DNA of 64,000 nucleotides from Candidatus Gottesmanbacteria bacterium (GCA_963790805.1 CAWBPL010000002.1:512696-576695), one strand, 5' to 3'. Shown: positions 28,110-36,684, counted from the first letter of the stretch. A program made the numbers and translations. Notes: generated by a model from the sequence alone, not told the origin.

Positions 28110-28736
28110 TTAATACGCGCGCAGCGTTAAGGACTGCATTTCTTTCTCTGTCGCTGTTTTGACCATGACGCTCGGGCTATAGATATACAAATGGGTATCA
28201 TTGGTTGTAATGGTTACCTCCCAGATGCTTGTTAATCCACTTTCGCTAACCTTCTGCATCGAATAGGACGCTGTTTTTTTGTCCGTTGTTAATGAGAGAT
28301 CAGCGGACAGAATTGGCGTTGTCCCGCTGGCCTCAATGGTAAAAGTCTGTTGTGTTCCGGTTGTTGGGTCAAACGGATTAATGGTAATAGAATTTATTTT
28401 CGGACCGGTGTGATCTTTTCCGTAACTGATAGTATATTTTATTTTTCCCTGTTGGAGCGGGTAGGGGGTTGGTGTTGGTGTCGGAGTCGGCGACGGTCTC
28501 GGAGGAGAAGTGGGAATTGCAGCGATAGGTGGGTTTCTTTGTTTGTATGACATAAATTGTAAATAGGCGAATAATCCAAGGTTTGCAACAAGAAAAAATA
28601 CCGCCAATGCCGGAATAACGTAATAAAAAAGTATTGAGCGTTTCGGTTTATTGTTTTCAACAACCGGAGAAGGAGCTGCGTTTGCAGATTGTACCGAAAC
28701 GGGTTTCGGAGTTTTACTTGCTTCTTCTTTAGCCAT
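28110..28736 (-). CDS. Membrane-anchored protein with PT linker and beta-rich ectodomain
   Basis: One TM, then PPRPSPTPTPTPTP. It ends 2 nt before the start of the Cys-rich gene. Confidence 0.55.
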   Translation of the reverse strand: MAKEEASKTPKPVSVQSANAAPSPVVENNKPKRSILFYYVIPALAVFFLVANLGLFAYLQFMSYKQRNPPIAAIPTSPPRPSPTPTPTPTPYPLQQGKIKYTISYGKDHTGPKINSITINPFDPTTGTQQTFTIEASGTTPILSADLSLTTDKKTASYSMQKVSESGLTSIWEVTITTNDTHLYIYSPSVMVKTATEKEMQSLTLRAY

Positions 28737-28939
28737 AATGAGCAGAAGAATTTACTAATAAATTCTTGTTTCTATAGTAACACGCAGTGAGTGGTAGTCA
28801 ATAGGAAATACGTATTGTCAGAAAGCGCTAAAGTTTATCGCGGGAAAAAAGAGGTTTTTTGTAATTTTAACCTTGTTTGATGATGTAAAAAAATTACATC
28901 AACAAATATTTGGATCATCCAACCCGCTTGATGCCAGAA

Positions 28940-29104
28940 CTATTCATATGCATCTGATTGGGAATTACCGGACAGATTCTTTTGTTCCTTGTTCGATTCT
29001 TGAGCTTCTCCGTCATTGGGAGATTCTGTTTCCATGGTATCGGTGATCCACTTATGTTGTTCTTCATCATAAAAAATAATGCGTTCTATTTTTTTTGTTG
29101 TCAT
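28940..29104 (-). CDS. Small acidic hypothetical protein (54 aa)
   Basis: Trimmed to MTTKKIERIIFYDEE. SD GAGGTG upstream. Weak call. Confidence 0.35.
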   Translation of the reverse strand: MTTKKIERIIFYDEEQHKWITDTMETESPNDGEAQESNKEQKNLSGNSQSDAYE

Positions 29105-29312
29105 AGTATATTCACCTCGCTTTGAACATAAAAAAACTCCCTTGTTTGGAGGGAGTGTTTGTGCGTTTTTTGTTGGTTTTTCTATCTCGCCAGACACTCC
29201 CACCTATCCGGAAAAATTCGGATTGTAGTGTAAAGTTTGTACTGGTGATTCAAAAATACCATAGACTGCTTGTACTATAGAGCTAAATTTACTCATTTGT
29301 CAACAATGAATA

Positions 29313-29627
29313 TTAAAATTGAAAGAGAATGTCGGCAAAATTTTTTATTCTGTTTCCCTCAACAATAACTCCCTCTTTCTGAAGAAGCGCTTTTTTATTT
29401 ATTATTTCTCTTCCTGTTGTTTTTCCCCGAAATCCTCCGATTGTGCCGTCGCTTGCGACAACCCTGTGGCAGGGGACTGTTGGAGCGTACGGGTTATGGC
29501 GCATGATTTGGCCGATTGCCCGATACGCGCGGGTACCGAGGGCATCCGCGAGCGCCCTATAGGTGGTTACACGGCCTTTGGGAACGGTCTTTAATAATGC
29601 ATACGTCTTTTTGGCAAGTGGGGTCAT
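29313..29627 (-). CDS. ogt: Methylated-DNA--protein-cysteine methyltransferase (short, C-terminal domain only)
   Basis: PCHRVV active site and the YRAIGQIMRHNP helix. Start trimmed to MTPLAKK. Confidence 0.8.
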   Translation of the reverse strand: MTPLAKKTYALLKTVPKGRVTTYRALADALGTRAYRAIGQIMRHNPYAPTVPCHRVVASDGTIGGFRGKTTGREIINKKALLQKEGVIVEGNRIKNFADILFQF

Positions 29628-29698
29628 AGAATGTATTATACACCAATAATTGTAATTTACTTTACAAAATATACTCATTTATAGTAGAGTAAAAGCAT

Positions 29699-30163
29699 AT
29701 GAAAAATACACTTCTTGTTATCGTTCTTCTTGTTGTATTGGTTGGAGTGTATCTCGGACGGCATACGCTGAAGACAATGCTCATGGGATCGAGTCCTAGT
29801 CCCACACCGACTGCGGCGATGCAACCCGCAACCGGTGCTCCTGAAGCTGCATCGGGGGCATCCGGCGTTATGACAACAAGCGGTACAACAAAAGAATTTG
29901 CCGTGTCCGGCACCGAGTTTGCTTTTTCACCGAGCACTCTCACCGTCGCCAAGGGCGATACGGTCAAAGTAACGTTTACCAATAACGGTGCCTATCCGCA
30001 CAATTTTACGATTACGGAGTTCAATGTTGCCAGTAAAACGGTTTCACCCGGCCAATCGGATACCGTGACGTTTACAGCTGATAAAGCCGGAAGTTTTAAG
30101 TATTTCTGCAGTGTCCCCGGTCATGAAGACAAGGGGATGGTAGGAACGCTGACGGTACAGTAA
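29699..30163 (+). CDS. Membrane-anchored type-1 copper cupredoxin (plastocyanin/amicyanin-like)
   Basis: Ligand pattern H (YPHNF) ... C-x2-P-x-H (FCSVPGH) ... M (GMVG). N-terminal TM. Confidence 0.85.
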   Translation: MKNTLLVIVLLVVLVGVYLGRHTLKTMLMGSSPSPTPTAAMQPATGAPEAASGASGVMTTSGTTKEFAVSGTEFAFSPSTLTVAKGDTVKVTFTNNGAYPHNFTITEFNVASKTVSPGQSDTVTFTADKAGSFKYFCSVPGHEDKGMVGTLTVQ

Positions 30164-30185
30164 CCCTTAATTCATTACGAAAATC

Positions 30186-30212
30186 AAAAGCCCCGCACAC
30201 GCGGGGCTTTTT
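30186..30212. terminator. Bidirectional intrinsic terminator
   Basis: AAAA-GCCCCGC-ACAC-GCGGGGC-TTTTT between the convergent cupredoxin and csoR-like genes. Confidence 0.8.
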
Positions 30213-30236
30213 GGTGAGTACATTTGTTTACCGGAG

Positions 30237-30638
30237 TTATTTTTTATTACATGTGCAATCTTTGCAATTGCAGGAGCACGGTTTCTTTTCGTCTTTAGTG
30301 CATGTGCACGTACAGTTATCGCATGTGCATGTCCCGCAGCAGCATTTGTGATCGGATGTATTGGTTTGATTCATAACTTCTATCACCTCCTTTATAACCT
30401 CATTCGCATTGCCTTTTTTAATTTCAGAAGCTACGCAGGTTTTCAGATGATTTTCCATGATGACTTCGTCGGCGCGCTTCAGTGCGGATTGGACTGCCTG
30501 AGATTGATTGATAACGTCGATACAATACTCGCCGTCTTCAACCATCTTGATGACACGCGTAAGATGCCCTTGGGCAATCCGTAGGCGGTGAAGAATTGCG
30601 TGATTTACCGATGTATCTCTTGGAATTCCTTTTGGCAT
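30237..30638 (-). CDS. csoR: CsoR/RcnR-family metal-sensing repressor fused to a Cys-rich metallothionein-like tail
   Basis: Cu(I) ligand pattern C (YCIDV) ... H-x3-C (NHLKTC). The last 37 aa contain 13 Cys (HKCCCGTCTCDNCTCTCT...PCSCNCKDCTC). Confidence 0.85.
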   Translation of the reverse strand: MPKGIPRDTSVNHAILHRLRIAQGHLTRVIKMVEDGEYCIDVINQSQAVQSALKRADEVIMENHLKTCVASEIKKGNANEVIKEVIEVMNQTNTSDHKCCCGTCTCDNCTCTCTKDEKKPCSCNCKDCTCNKK

Positions 30639-30674
30639 AGTTCGGCTTCCTCCACTTGCTCACTACGAGCGTTT

Positions 30675-30691
30675 ATCCCCCTATAGGGGAT
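30675..30691. promoter_or_regulatory. Candidate CsoR operator ATCCCC-N5-GGGGAT
   Basis: The G/C-tract inverted repeat abuts the csoR -10 box. It resembles known CsoR operators (ATACCCC..GGGGTAT type, recalled from memory). Confidence 0.6.
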
Positions 30692-30720
30692 ATAATATCT
30701 TCGGATTCGTTTTTTGTCAA
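30692..30720 (-). promoter_or_regulatory. Sigma-70-type promoter of csoR-like gene
   Basis: Minus strand TTGACA-17 nt-TATTAT. SD GGAGGAAG precedes the ATG. Confidence 0.6.
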
Positions 30721-30825
30721 GGACATCTCCGTTCAGGATGATTTAAGAGTTTACTATATGCATTTGCCTCTTGCCGGCGTGTTATACTGATGATACAGTA
30801 GTAAATCCTTGAAGGAGGAAATAGT

Positions 30826-31149
30826 ATGGCAGATGTGACGATAACCGATGCGAATTTCGACAGTGAAGTATTAAAAAACGATAAACCGGTATTGGTGGAT
30901 TTTTGGGCTGTGTGGTGCGGTCCGTGTCAAATGCAGGGTCCCATTGTTGAAGACGTCGCCAAAGAACTGACTGGGAAGGCAAAAATCGGTAAACTCAACG
31001 TTGATGAAAATCCAAATACCGCGCAAAAATTCGGCATTATGAGTATCCCGACCATCATGATTTTCAAGGGCGGGACGGTTGTGAAACAATTCATCGGCGT
31101 ACAGTCAAAAGAAACGCTCCTTGGGGAATTAAATAAGTTAATCAATTAA
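30826..31149 (+). CDS. trxA: Thioredoxin
   Basis: WCGPC active site, 107 aa. Confidence 0.95.
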   Translation: MADVTITDANFDSEVLKNDKPVLVDFWAVWCGPCQMQGPIVEDVAKELTGKAKIGKLNVDENPNTAQKFGIMSIPTIMIFKGGTVVKQFIGVQSKETLLGELNKLIN

Positions 31150-31153
31150 ACTC

Positions 31154-32092
31154 ATGACGTACGATGTCATCATTCTTGGCTCCGGGCCAGCTGGTTATAC
31201 AGCGGCACTCTATACTTCACGGGCATTTTTGAAAACGCTCATCCTTACCGGCATTCAGGAGGGCGGACAGCTTACAACCACGACCGAGGTGGAAAATTAT
31301 CCCGGATTTCCTAAAGGTATTTTAGGGCCTCAACTTATGATGGACATGAAAGCACAGGTTGTGCGTTTTGGGACAGAAGTCGTGCAAGAATCGGTGACGA
31401 AGGTTGAGAAAAAGGGAAAGACGTTTACTGTCGTTGCCGGTAGTGCAACATATGAAGGAAAAACCGTGATTGTTGCAACAGGAGCGTCAGCCATGTATTT
31501 GGGGCTTCCATCGGAGAAAAAATTCGCTGGCAAAGGAGTTTCGGCGTGTGCGACGTGCGACGGATTTTTCTTTCGCGGGAAAGAAGTCGTCGTCGTGGGC
31601 GGAGGCGATACTGCGATGGAAGAGGCGACGTTTCTCACAACATTTGCGACAAAAGTCACCATCATTCACCGGCGAGAAGGATTTCGGGCGAGTTCCATCA
31701 TGCTTGAGCGGGCCCGCAAAAATCCGAAGATTTCTTTTTTATTAAATAAAGTGATTGAAGAAATAGTAGGGGATACGGCTGTCAACGGGGTCAAACTGAA
31801 AGATACAAAGACGGGTAAAGTCGAAACATACCCGACACGGGGGGTGTTTTTGGCGATCGGACATACGCCGAACACGGAATTTCTAAAAACATTACTTCCA
31901 CTTGGTTCCAAGGGGTATGTTCAGGTCAATCGCCCAAAAACAGCACTTGAGCCGCAAACAGCGACGAGTGTGCTGGGTTTGTTTGCCGCCGGCGACTGCG
32001 TCGACCCCCGATACCGTCAGGCGGTGGTCGCCGCCGGCATGGGATGTCAGGCCGCTATGGACGCACAGAAATATTTGGAAGAACAAGGCTAA
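31154..32092 (+). CDS. trxB: Thioredoxin-disulfide reductase
   Basis: GSGPAGYTAA FAD site, CATCDG redox centre, GGGDTAMEEA NADPH site. Confidence 0.95.
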   Translation: MTYDVIILGSGPAGYTAALYTSRAFLKTLILTGIQEGGQLTTTTEVENYPGFPKGILGPQLMMDMKAQVVRFGTEVVQESVTKVEKKGKTFTVVAGSATYEGKTVIVATGASAMYLGLPSEKKFAGKGVSACATCDGFFFRGKEVVVVGGGDTAMEEATFLTTFATKVTIIHRREGFRASSIMLERARKNPKISFLLNKVIEEIVGDTAVNGVKLKDTKTGKVETYPTRGVFLAIGHTPNTEFLKTLLPLGSKGYVQVNRPKTALEPQTATSVLGLFAAGDCVDPRYRQAVVAAGMGCQAAMDAQKYLEEQG

Positions 32093-32103
32093 GAGGCTTC
32101 GCA

Positions 32104-33801
32104 TTAATGGATATATTTTTCACAAAATTCCTTTGTTGATAAATGTTCCACGGAGAAATCAGATAACCTGACATTTGTCGGGTATTTCGTCAGCTCGACG
32201 CCCTGACATACCGGATCATTCACTATCTCAAATGTTGCACCCGCATCAACGAGCCGCGTTATGGAATCCGTTGGTTTGATTGTACTGTGTTGTTTACATC
32301 CGACGTCAACGATAACAGGAACCGATGTGGCAATATCATCGCTGCAGGAAAGAAATGTGACTGGTCCGTATGCATAGTGCATGGTTTTGTACGCCCAAGA
32401 GATTGCTGCAACGGAATTTTTTGTGAGCGCATGGGAGTAAAAAATGTATTTGCCGAATATATCCGATGGACTTGGAGTATACACAACGATATTTTTTTGA
32501 TTTGAAAGGTTGATATATCGCGATACGACTCGCATGCGAAAATCAAATGATTCTTGGAAAGGAAACTGAAAGAAGTACGTATTTATAAAATTTCCGAGCG
32601 ATATGCTATAGAGTATCACGACGAGAATTAAAGACAGTTTTGGTACCAAGAGGCGGGTTGAAAGTGCATACGATATTCCGTTGCTAATAATAAGAATGGC
32701 AAAGGGGAAAAATAATGAAACCTGCGGGGTAAAATTTTCAATTCCCGTTGAGTGAATCAAATGAGGAATAATCGTCAGAAGGAGCATGAGTGATAAAAAT
32801 ACCGCCGTCCCTTTTTGTTTCAGAAAAAGATACAGAATTCCAAGGAATAGAAACAACGCATCCACGACATAAAACAGACCGTGTGAATAGATTGAAAAAA
32901 ACTGATCTCCGTTTAAAAACAGGTACGTCGGCGAAAGAGTTGTAAAAAATTTCGCGATGAGTATTTGAATAAATACCGTAAATTTATTGGTATACACGCT
33001 GCTTAAGGGGTTTTGCAGAGTCGTTTTGCGGATCATGTTAACCGTGGCGGTAATTTGAGGGTCATCGAAGCGAATAAGTTCCGAGAGGCGTGATGCCGGC
33101 TGGTGCACTATCGTATAGACAAAAAATCCGGTCATTAACAGGGCAGCTGCGATAACACAGAGGTAGTAGAAAGCATATTTTTTCTTATTCCGTAGATAGA
33201 CATACAGCACAGTAGCGACAACATAGGGAAAGAAAATGGTTTTAGATGCAATGTGAGAGTAAAAAGCCAATAAAAATATCGGGAGAGAAAATAAAATTTT
33301 CCAGCGGGTCGTATAAAGAAGAATAGCAAACGCCAGAAGATAAAAGAAGACTTCCGGATTCATTTCATACGCTGTTCTTCCTAAGAAGATAAACCACGGA
33401 TTTATAGCGGATATATAAGAAGCAATAATGGCAACCCGTGACCCGAATAGTTTATAGGCAATGCAAAATATCAGGAATACGTTTGCGAGGCTGATGAGAG
33501 CAAAAAATATTTTAATGGTTTCAAGAGTGAACGGGAAAAAGGAAACAACCGGAAGAAGCAAAAAATAGGTTATCTCTGCTTGTGAGTATCCGGTGGGATA
33601 GTGAAATGCAAAGATCGACCATGGGTTCCATGAACCAAATGCATCCGATCCTTTGAGAGCCATAAATTTCGATGTGAGAATGTATGTTAGCTCATCGCCG
33701 CCAACTCCCGAGGGAACCCGATCAAGCCAGAGAAGACGAAGGATTGCAGCCAGAATAAGCGATCCGATAAGCAGTAATGTCTGTACGCGAAAGCGTTTCA
33801 T
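32104..33801 (-). CDS. GT-C fold glycosyltransferase (PMT/ArnT-like, family 39-type)
   Basis: 565 aa with more than 10 TM in the N-terminal two-thirds and a soluble C-terminal domain. Confidence 0.75.
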   Translation of the reverse strand: MKRFRVQTLLLIGSLILAAILRLLWLDRVPSGVGGDELTYILTSKFMALKGSDAFGSWNPWSIFAFHYPTGYSQAEITYFLLLPVVSFFPFTLETIKIFFALISLANVFLIFCIAYKLFGSRVAIIASYISAINPWFIFLGRTAYEMNPEVFFYLLAFAILLYTTRWKILFSLPIFLLAFYSHIASKTIFFPYVVATVLYVYLRNKKKYAFYYLCVIAAALLMTGFFVYTIVHQPASRLSELIRFDDPQITATVNMIRKTTLQNPLSSVYTNKFTVFIQILIAKFFTTLSPTYLFLNGDQFFSIYSHGLFYVVDALFLFLGILYLFLKQKGTAVFLSLMLLLTIIPHLIHSTGIENFTPQVSLFFPFAILIISNGISYALSTRLLVPKLSLILVVILYSISLGNFINTYFFQFPFQESFDFRMRVVSRYINLSNQKNIVVYTPSPSDIFGKYIFYSHALTKNSVAAISWAYKTMHYAYGPVTFLSCSDDIATSVPVIVDVGCKQHSTIKPTDSITRLVDAGATFEIVNDPVCQGVELTKYPTNVRLSDFSVEHLSTKEFCEKYIH

Positions 33802-33815
33802 GAAAGGGTGGTGTT

Positions 33816-33835
33816 ATCAGATCAATTGATTTGAT
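33816..33835. promoter_or_regulatory. 20-bp near-perfect palindrome in divergent promoter region
   Basis: ATCAGATCAATTGATTTGAT, 9 of 10 positions paired, directly upstream of a TATGAT -10-like box. Confidence 0.4.
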
Positions 33836-33860
33836 ATGATAATACAATAATTACCCAAAT

Positions 33861-34571
33861 ATGGATAGACCAAAGCCACAAAAATTTCAGGCGGTTATTG
33901 AAAAAAAGGAACAGCTTACCAAATCGGTAATTCTCGTGACGTTTCAATTGGTAAATCCTTCGGAGATTATGTTTCTTGCCGGCCAGACGCTCATGCTTAA
34001 TGTCTCGCAAGGCATTAATCGCAGTATGTCAATCGCATCGCCGCCGCAAGATAAAACCCACATCCTCATGTGTCATGACGTGAGTCCCAACGGGCCGGGA
34101 TCGCAGTGGACAATTGCCCACAACGTGGGTGATACCGCGACGTTTATGGCGCCGCTCGGGATGTTTGTCATGGACAAGGAAAGCCACAGGAAAAAAGTAC
34201 TGGTGGCCACCGGAACCGGGATTGCACCATACAGGTCAATGCTTTTGGATTATCTTGAAAACGGCGGAACTGATGATATTACTTTATATTGGGGCATGCG
34301 TCATGAAGAAGATCTCTACTGGGTTTCTGATTTTCAGCAGTTATCTCTCACATATCCTCATTTCCGGTTTGTGTTGACGCTGTCCAAACCAACCGATTCA
34401 TGGCAAGGGAGGCGGGGGAGAGTCACGGAACATGTGATACAGGAAGAACAGAATCTGCCGGCCACTGATTTTTATCTCTGCGGTAATCAGCTGATGATTA
34501 AAGACGTTGAAACGCAATTAGCCCAGAAGGGAGTCCCCACGCGTCAGATTTTCAAAGAGCTGTATTTCTGA
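33861..34571 (+). CDS. Ferredoxin-NADP reductase-like FAD/NAD(P)-binding oxidoreductase
   Basis: RSMSIAS (RxYS-type FAD motif) and GTGIAP NAD(P) motif. No Fe-S domain. Confidence 0.75.
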   Translation: MDRPKPQKFQAVIEKKEQLTKSVILVTFQLVNPSEIMFLAGQTLMLNVSQGINRSMSIASPPQDKTHILMCHDVSPNGPGSQWTIAHNVGDTATFMAPLGMFVMDKESHRKKVLVATGTGIAPYRSMLLDYLENGGTDDITLYWGMRHEEDLYWVSDFQQLSLTYPHFRFVLTLSKPTDSWQGRRGRVTEHVIQEEQNLPATDFYLCGNQLMIKDVETQLAQKGVPTRQIFKELYF

Positions 34572-34686
34572 TGCCGCATGATTTGTTTACTTCGTTTCGA
34601 CTTAATTACTATCCTGTCTCTTTTGTTGTCAAGCCAAGGACTTGCACAAAAACGTAATATGCGTATACTTACGAAAGGTGAAAAAT

Positions 34687-35964
34687 ATGAATACAACAAA
34701 CCCATTTGAAAACGCTATGGCCCAATTAACTATAGCTGTCTCTTTCCTTACGGATAAAAAATCCAAAGAAGAAGTTGAAATACTTCGCCAGCCCCAGAGA
34801 ATTCTCAACGTTTCTATTCCTGTCCGAATGGATAACGGAAAGCTGAAAATTTTTCAGGGATACCGCGTACAGTTTAATAATGCCAGAGGTCCGTATAAAG
34901 GCGGCATCCGGTTTCATCCTCAGGTGAGTATCGATGAAGTAAAAGCGCTCGGGTTTTGGATGGCGATGAAATGCGCCGTTGCTGATTTACCCCTCGGTGG
35001 CAGCAAGGGCGGTATTATTGTCAATCCCAAGGAATTGTCTCAAGGTGAACTGGAGCGCCTTTCTCGGGGATATGCGCGGGCGATTGCCGATTGCATCGGA
35101 CCGGATCGTGACGTTCCGGCGCCGGACGTAAACACCACCGGACAGATCATGGGGTGGATGGTAGACGAGCTTATTACAGTACGAAAAGCAAAAGGAAAAG
35201 AAGCCAAAAAACTCCGAAGTACATTTACCGGAAAACTCATTACGGATGGCGGAAGCGAAGGAAGGGAAGAGGCGACGGGACTGGGCGGGTTATTCGTCCT
35301 TCAGACTGTTCTTTCGAAATTAGGACTTAAGGGAAAACTGACTGCGGCAGTGCAGGGATTCGGCAATGTGGGATATAACGTGGCAAAATTTCTTGATGAA
35401 GCAGGTATTACCATTGTTGCCGTATCGGACAGTAAAGGCGGCGTTTACGTACCGGACGGTTTAAGTCCAGAAGCGACACTCGCGTGTAAACAGAAAACGG
35501 GAAAACTTGCCGGATGCTATTGCAAAGGATCGGTGTGTGATGTGAAGGCCGGCAGGCAGATTACGAATGCTGAACTTCTCACTCTTCCGGTTGATATTCT
35601 GGTGCCGTCGGCGCTTGAGAGTGTATTGACGCGCGAAAACGCCTCACATGTAAAGGCGAAAGTCGTTTTGGAGATGGCAAATGGTCCCACAACTCCGGAG
35701 GCAGATACCATATTATATAAGAAGGGTATCGTTGTCGTTCCTGACATTTTGGCCAATTCCGGCGGTGTCACCGTTTCATGCTTTGAGTGGCAGCAAAACC
35801 TCAAAGGCGCGCACTGGAGCAAAAAAGCCGTCAACGCCAAGCTCAAAAAGAAAATGGGAGTGGCGGCAGGTGACGTCTGGGATGCCGGCCGTAAGCATAA
35901 AACCGATCTTCGCACCGCCGCATTTGTTGTGGCCTTGGATCGTATTATGAAGGCGATGAAGTAG
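34687..35964 (+). CDS. gdhA: Glutamate dehydrogenase (Glu/Leu/Phe/Val dehydrogenase family)
   Basis: KGGIRFHP, catalytic GGSKGG, GFGNVG Rossmann motif. Start trimmed to ATG 34687 with SD GAAAGGTG. Confidence 0.9.
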   Translation: MNTTNPFENAMAQLTIAVSFLTDKKSKEEVEILRQPQRILNVSIPVRMDNGKLKIFQGYRVQFNNARGPYKGGIRFHPQVSIDEVKALGFWMAMKCAVADLPLGGSKGGIIVNPKELSQGELERLSRGYARAIADCIGPDRDVPAPDVNTTGQIMGWMVDELITVRKAKGKEAKKLRSTFTGKLITDGGSEGREEATGLGGLFVLQTVLSKLGLKGKLTAAVQGFGNVGYNVAKFLDEAGITIVAVSDSKGGVYVPDGLSPEATLACKQKTGKLAGCYCKGSVCDVKAGRQITNAELLTLPVDILVPSALESVLTRENASHVKAKVVLEMANGPTTPEADTILYKKGIVVVPDILANSGGVTVSCFEWQQNLKGAHWSKKAVNAKLKKKMGVAAGDVWDAGRKHKTDLRTAAFVVALDRIMKAMK

Positions 35965-35982
35965 TTCATTGCATATTGTTAT

Positions 35983-36213
35983 ATGTCAGATAGCGAATTT
36001 GCCGATAAAGATACCAAACCATTGAATCCTGAGGATGCCGTGAATGTGATCAGTGCACACCGAATGGTATCCGGAGATACATGTCCCGGCGGTCGAATTC
36101 AGATAAATCAACGGAATATCGTTTACGGAATGGCCACAGGGTGGTGCGTTGCCTGCGGAGAGGAAGTTATGCAAGGACCGAAAGGCTGGATAGCCCGGCT
36201 AGAGCTCAGGTAG
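35983..36213 (+). CDS. Small hypothetical protein (76 aa, 3 Cys)
   Basis: ORF only. CPGG ... WCVACGE. Confidence 0.4.
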   Translation: MSDSEFADKDTKPLNPEDAVNVISAHRMVSGDTCPGGRIQINQRNIVYGMATGWCVACGEEVMQGPKGWIARLELR

Positions 36214-36230
36214 TTAATAATTGTCTTGTA

Positions 36231-36259
36231 TTGACAATCACAGCGAAAGCCACTAAAAT
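36231..36259 (+). promoter_or_regulatory. Near-consensus sigma-70 promoter with AT-rich upstream element
   Basis: TTGACA-17 nt-TAAAAT, preceded by TAGTTAATAATTGTCTTGTA. The strongest promoter-like signal in the window. Confidence 0.7.
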
Positions 36260-36265
36260 ATATTT

Positions 36266-36441
36266 TTGCCCATAGATGCAGGGCCTTTTGTGAATCGAAA
36301 TTCCTTTGATTCACATATATTTTTCATGAGAAGCAACCAACTATATACCTTATTTACCGAAAGGGATCTTGTAGTGTAGTGGTCACTTCTCGTCGAAAGA
36401 CGAACGATTAACCTCGCATCAGGCGGGGTTTTTGCTTTTTT
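36266..36441 (+). ncRNA. Candidate ~170-nt non-coding transcript or rRNA leader segment, unidentified class
   Basis: Bounded by the promoter at 36231-36259 and the terminator at 36412-36441. No plausible ORF. Internal hairpins (GTGAATC..GATTCAC; TCGTC-GAAA-GACGA). Confidence 0.35.
36412..36441 (+). terminator. Intrinsic terminator-like hairpin plus T-tract
   Basis: CCTCGC-ATCAG-GCGGGG followed by TTTTTGCTTTTTT. Confidence 0.65.
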
Positions 36442-36571
36442 AGTGACTCGTAGTCCCGATCTGATCAGGGCATACGAAGAACTATACCCGAAGGGTATCG
36501 CACATTAAATAGAAATGGATCTCTGGAAGGGGGAACCTGCCAGTAAACTTGTAGGGTGAACCCTCATCATA

Positions 36572-36644
36572 GGGCCCGAAGTTTACCTGGTTGAACGCTT
36601 CATTTGCAATGAAGAGGCAGGCGGTCCGACTCCGCCCGGGTCCA
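36572..36644 (+). tRNA. tRNA-Ala (anticodon UGC), CCA not encoded
   Basis: Manual cloverleaf: acceptor GGGCCCG/CGGGTCC with the G3:U70 Ala identity pair, D stem GTTT/GAAC, anticodon stem CTTCA/TGAAG with loop TTTGCAA, T stem GGCGG/CCGCC. The T-loop reads TCCGACT (C at position 55). Confidence 0.85.
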
Positions 36645-36684
36645 CAGACAGTTAACGAACGTAAGTGAGTTTACTGCTGTGAAT

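Noticed and set aside
36366-36411. TTGTAGTGTAGTGGTCAC looks like a tRNA D-arm
   Set aside because: No anticodon arm, T-arm or acceptor pairing could be built. It lies inside the candidate small RNA or leader.
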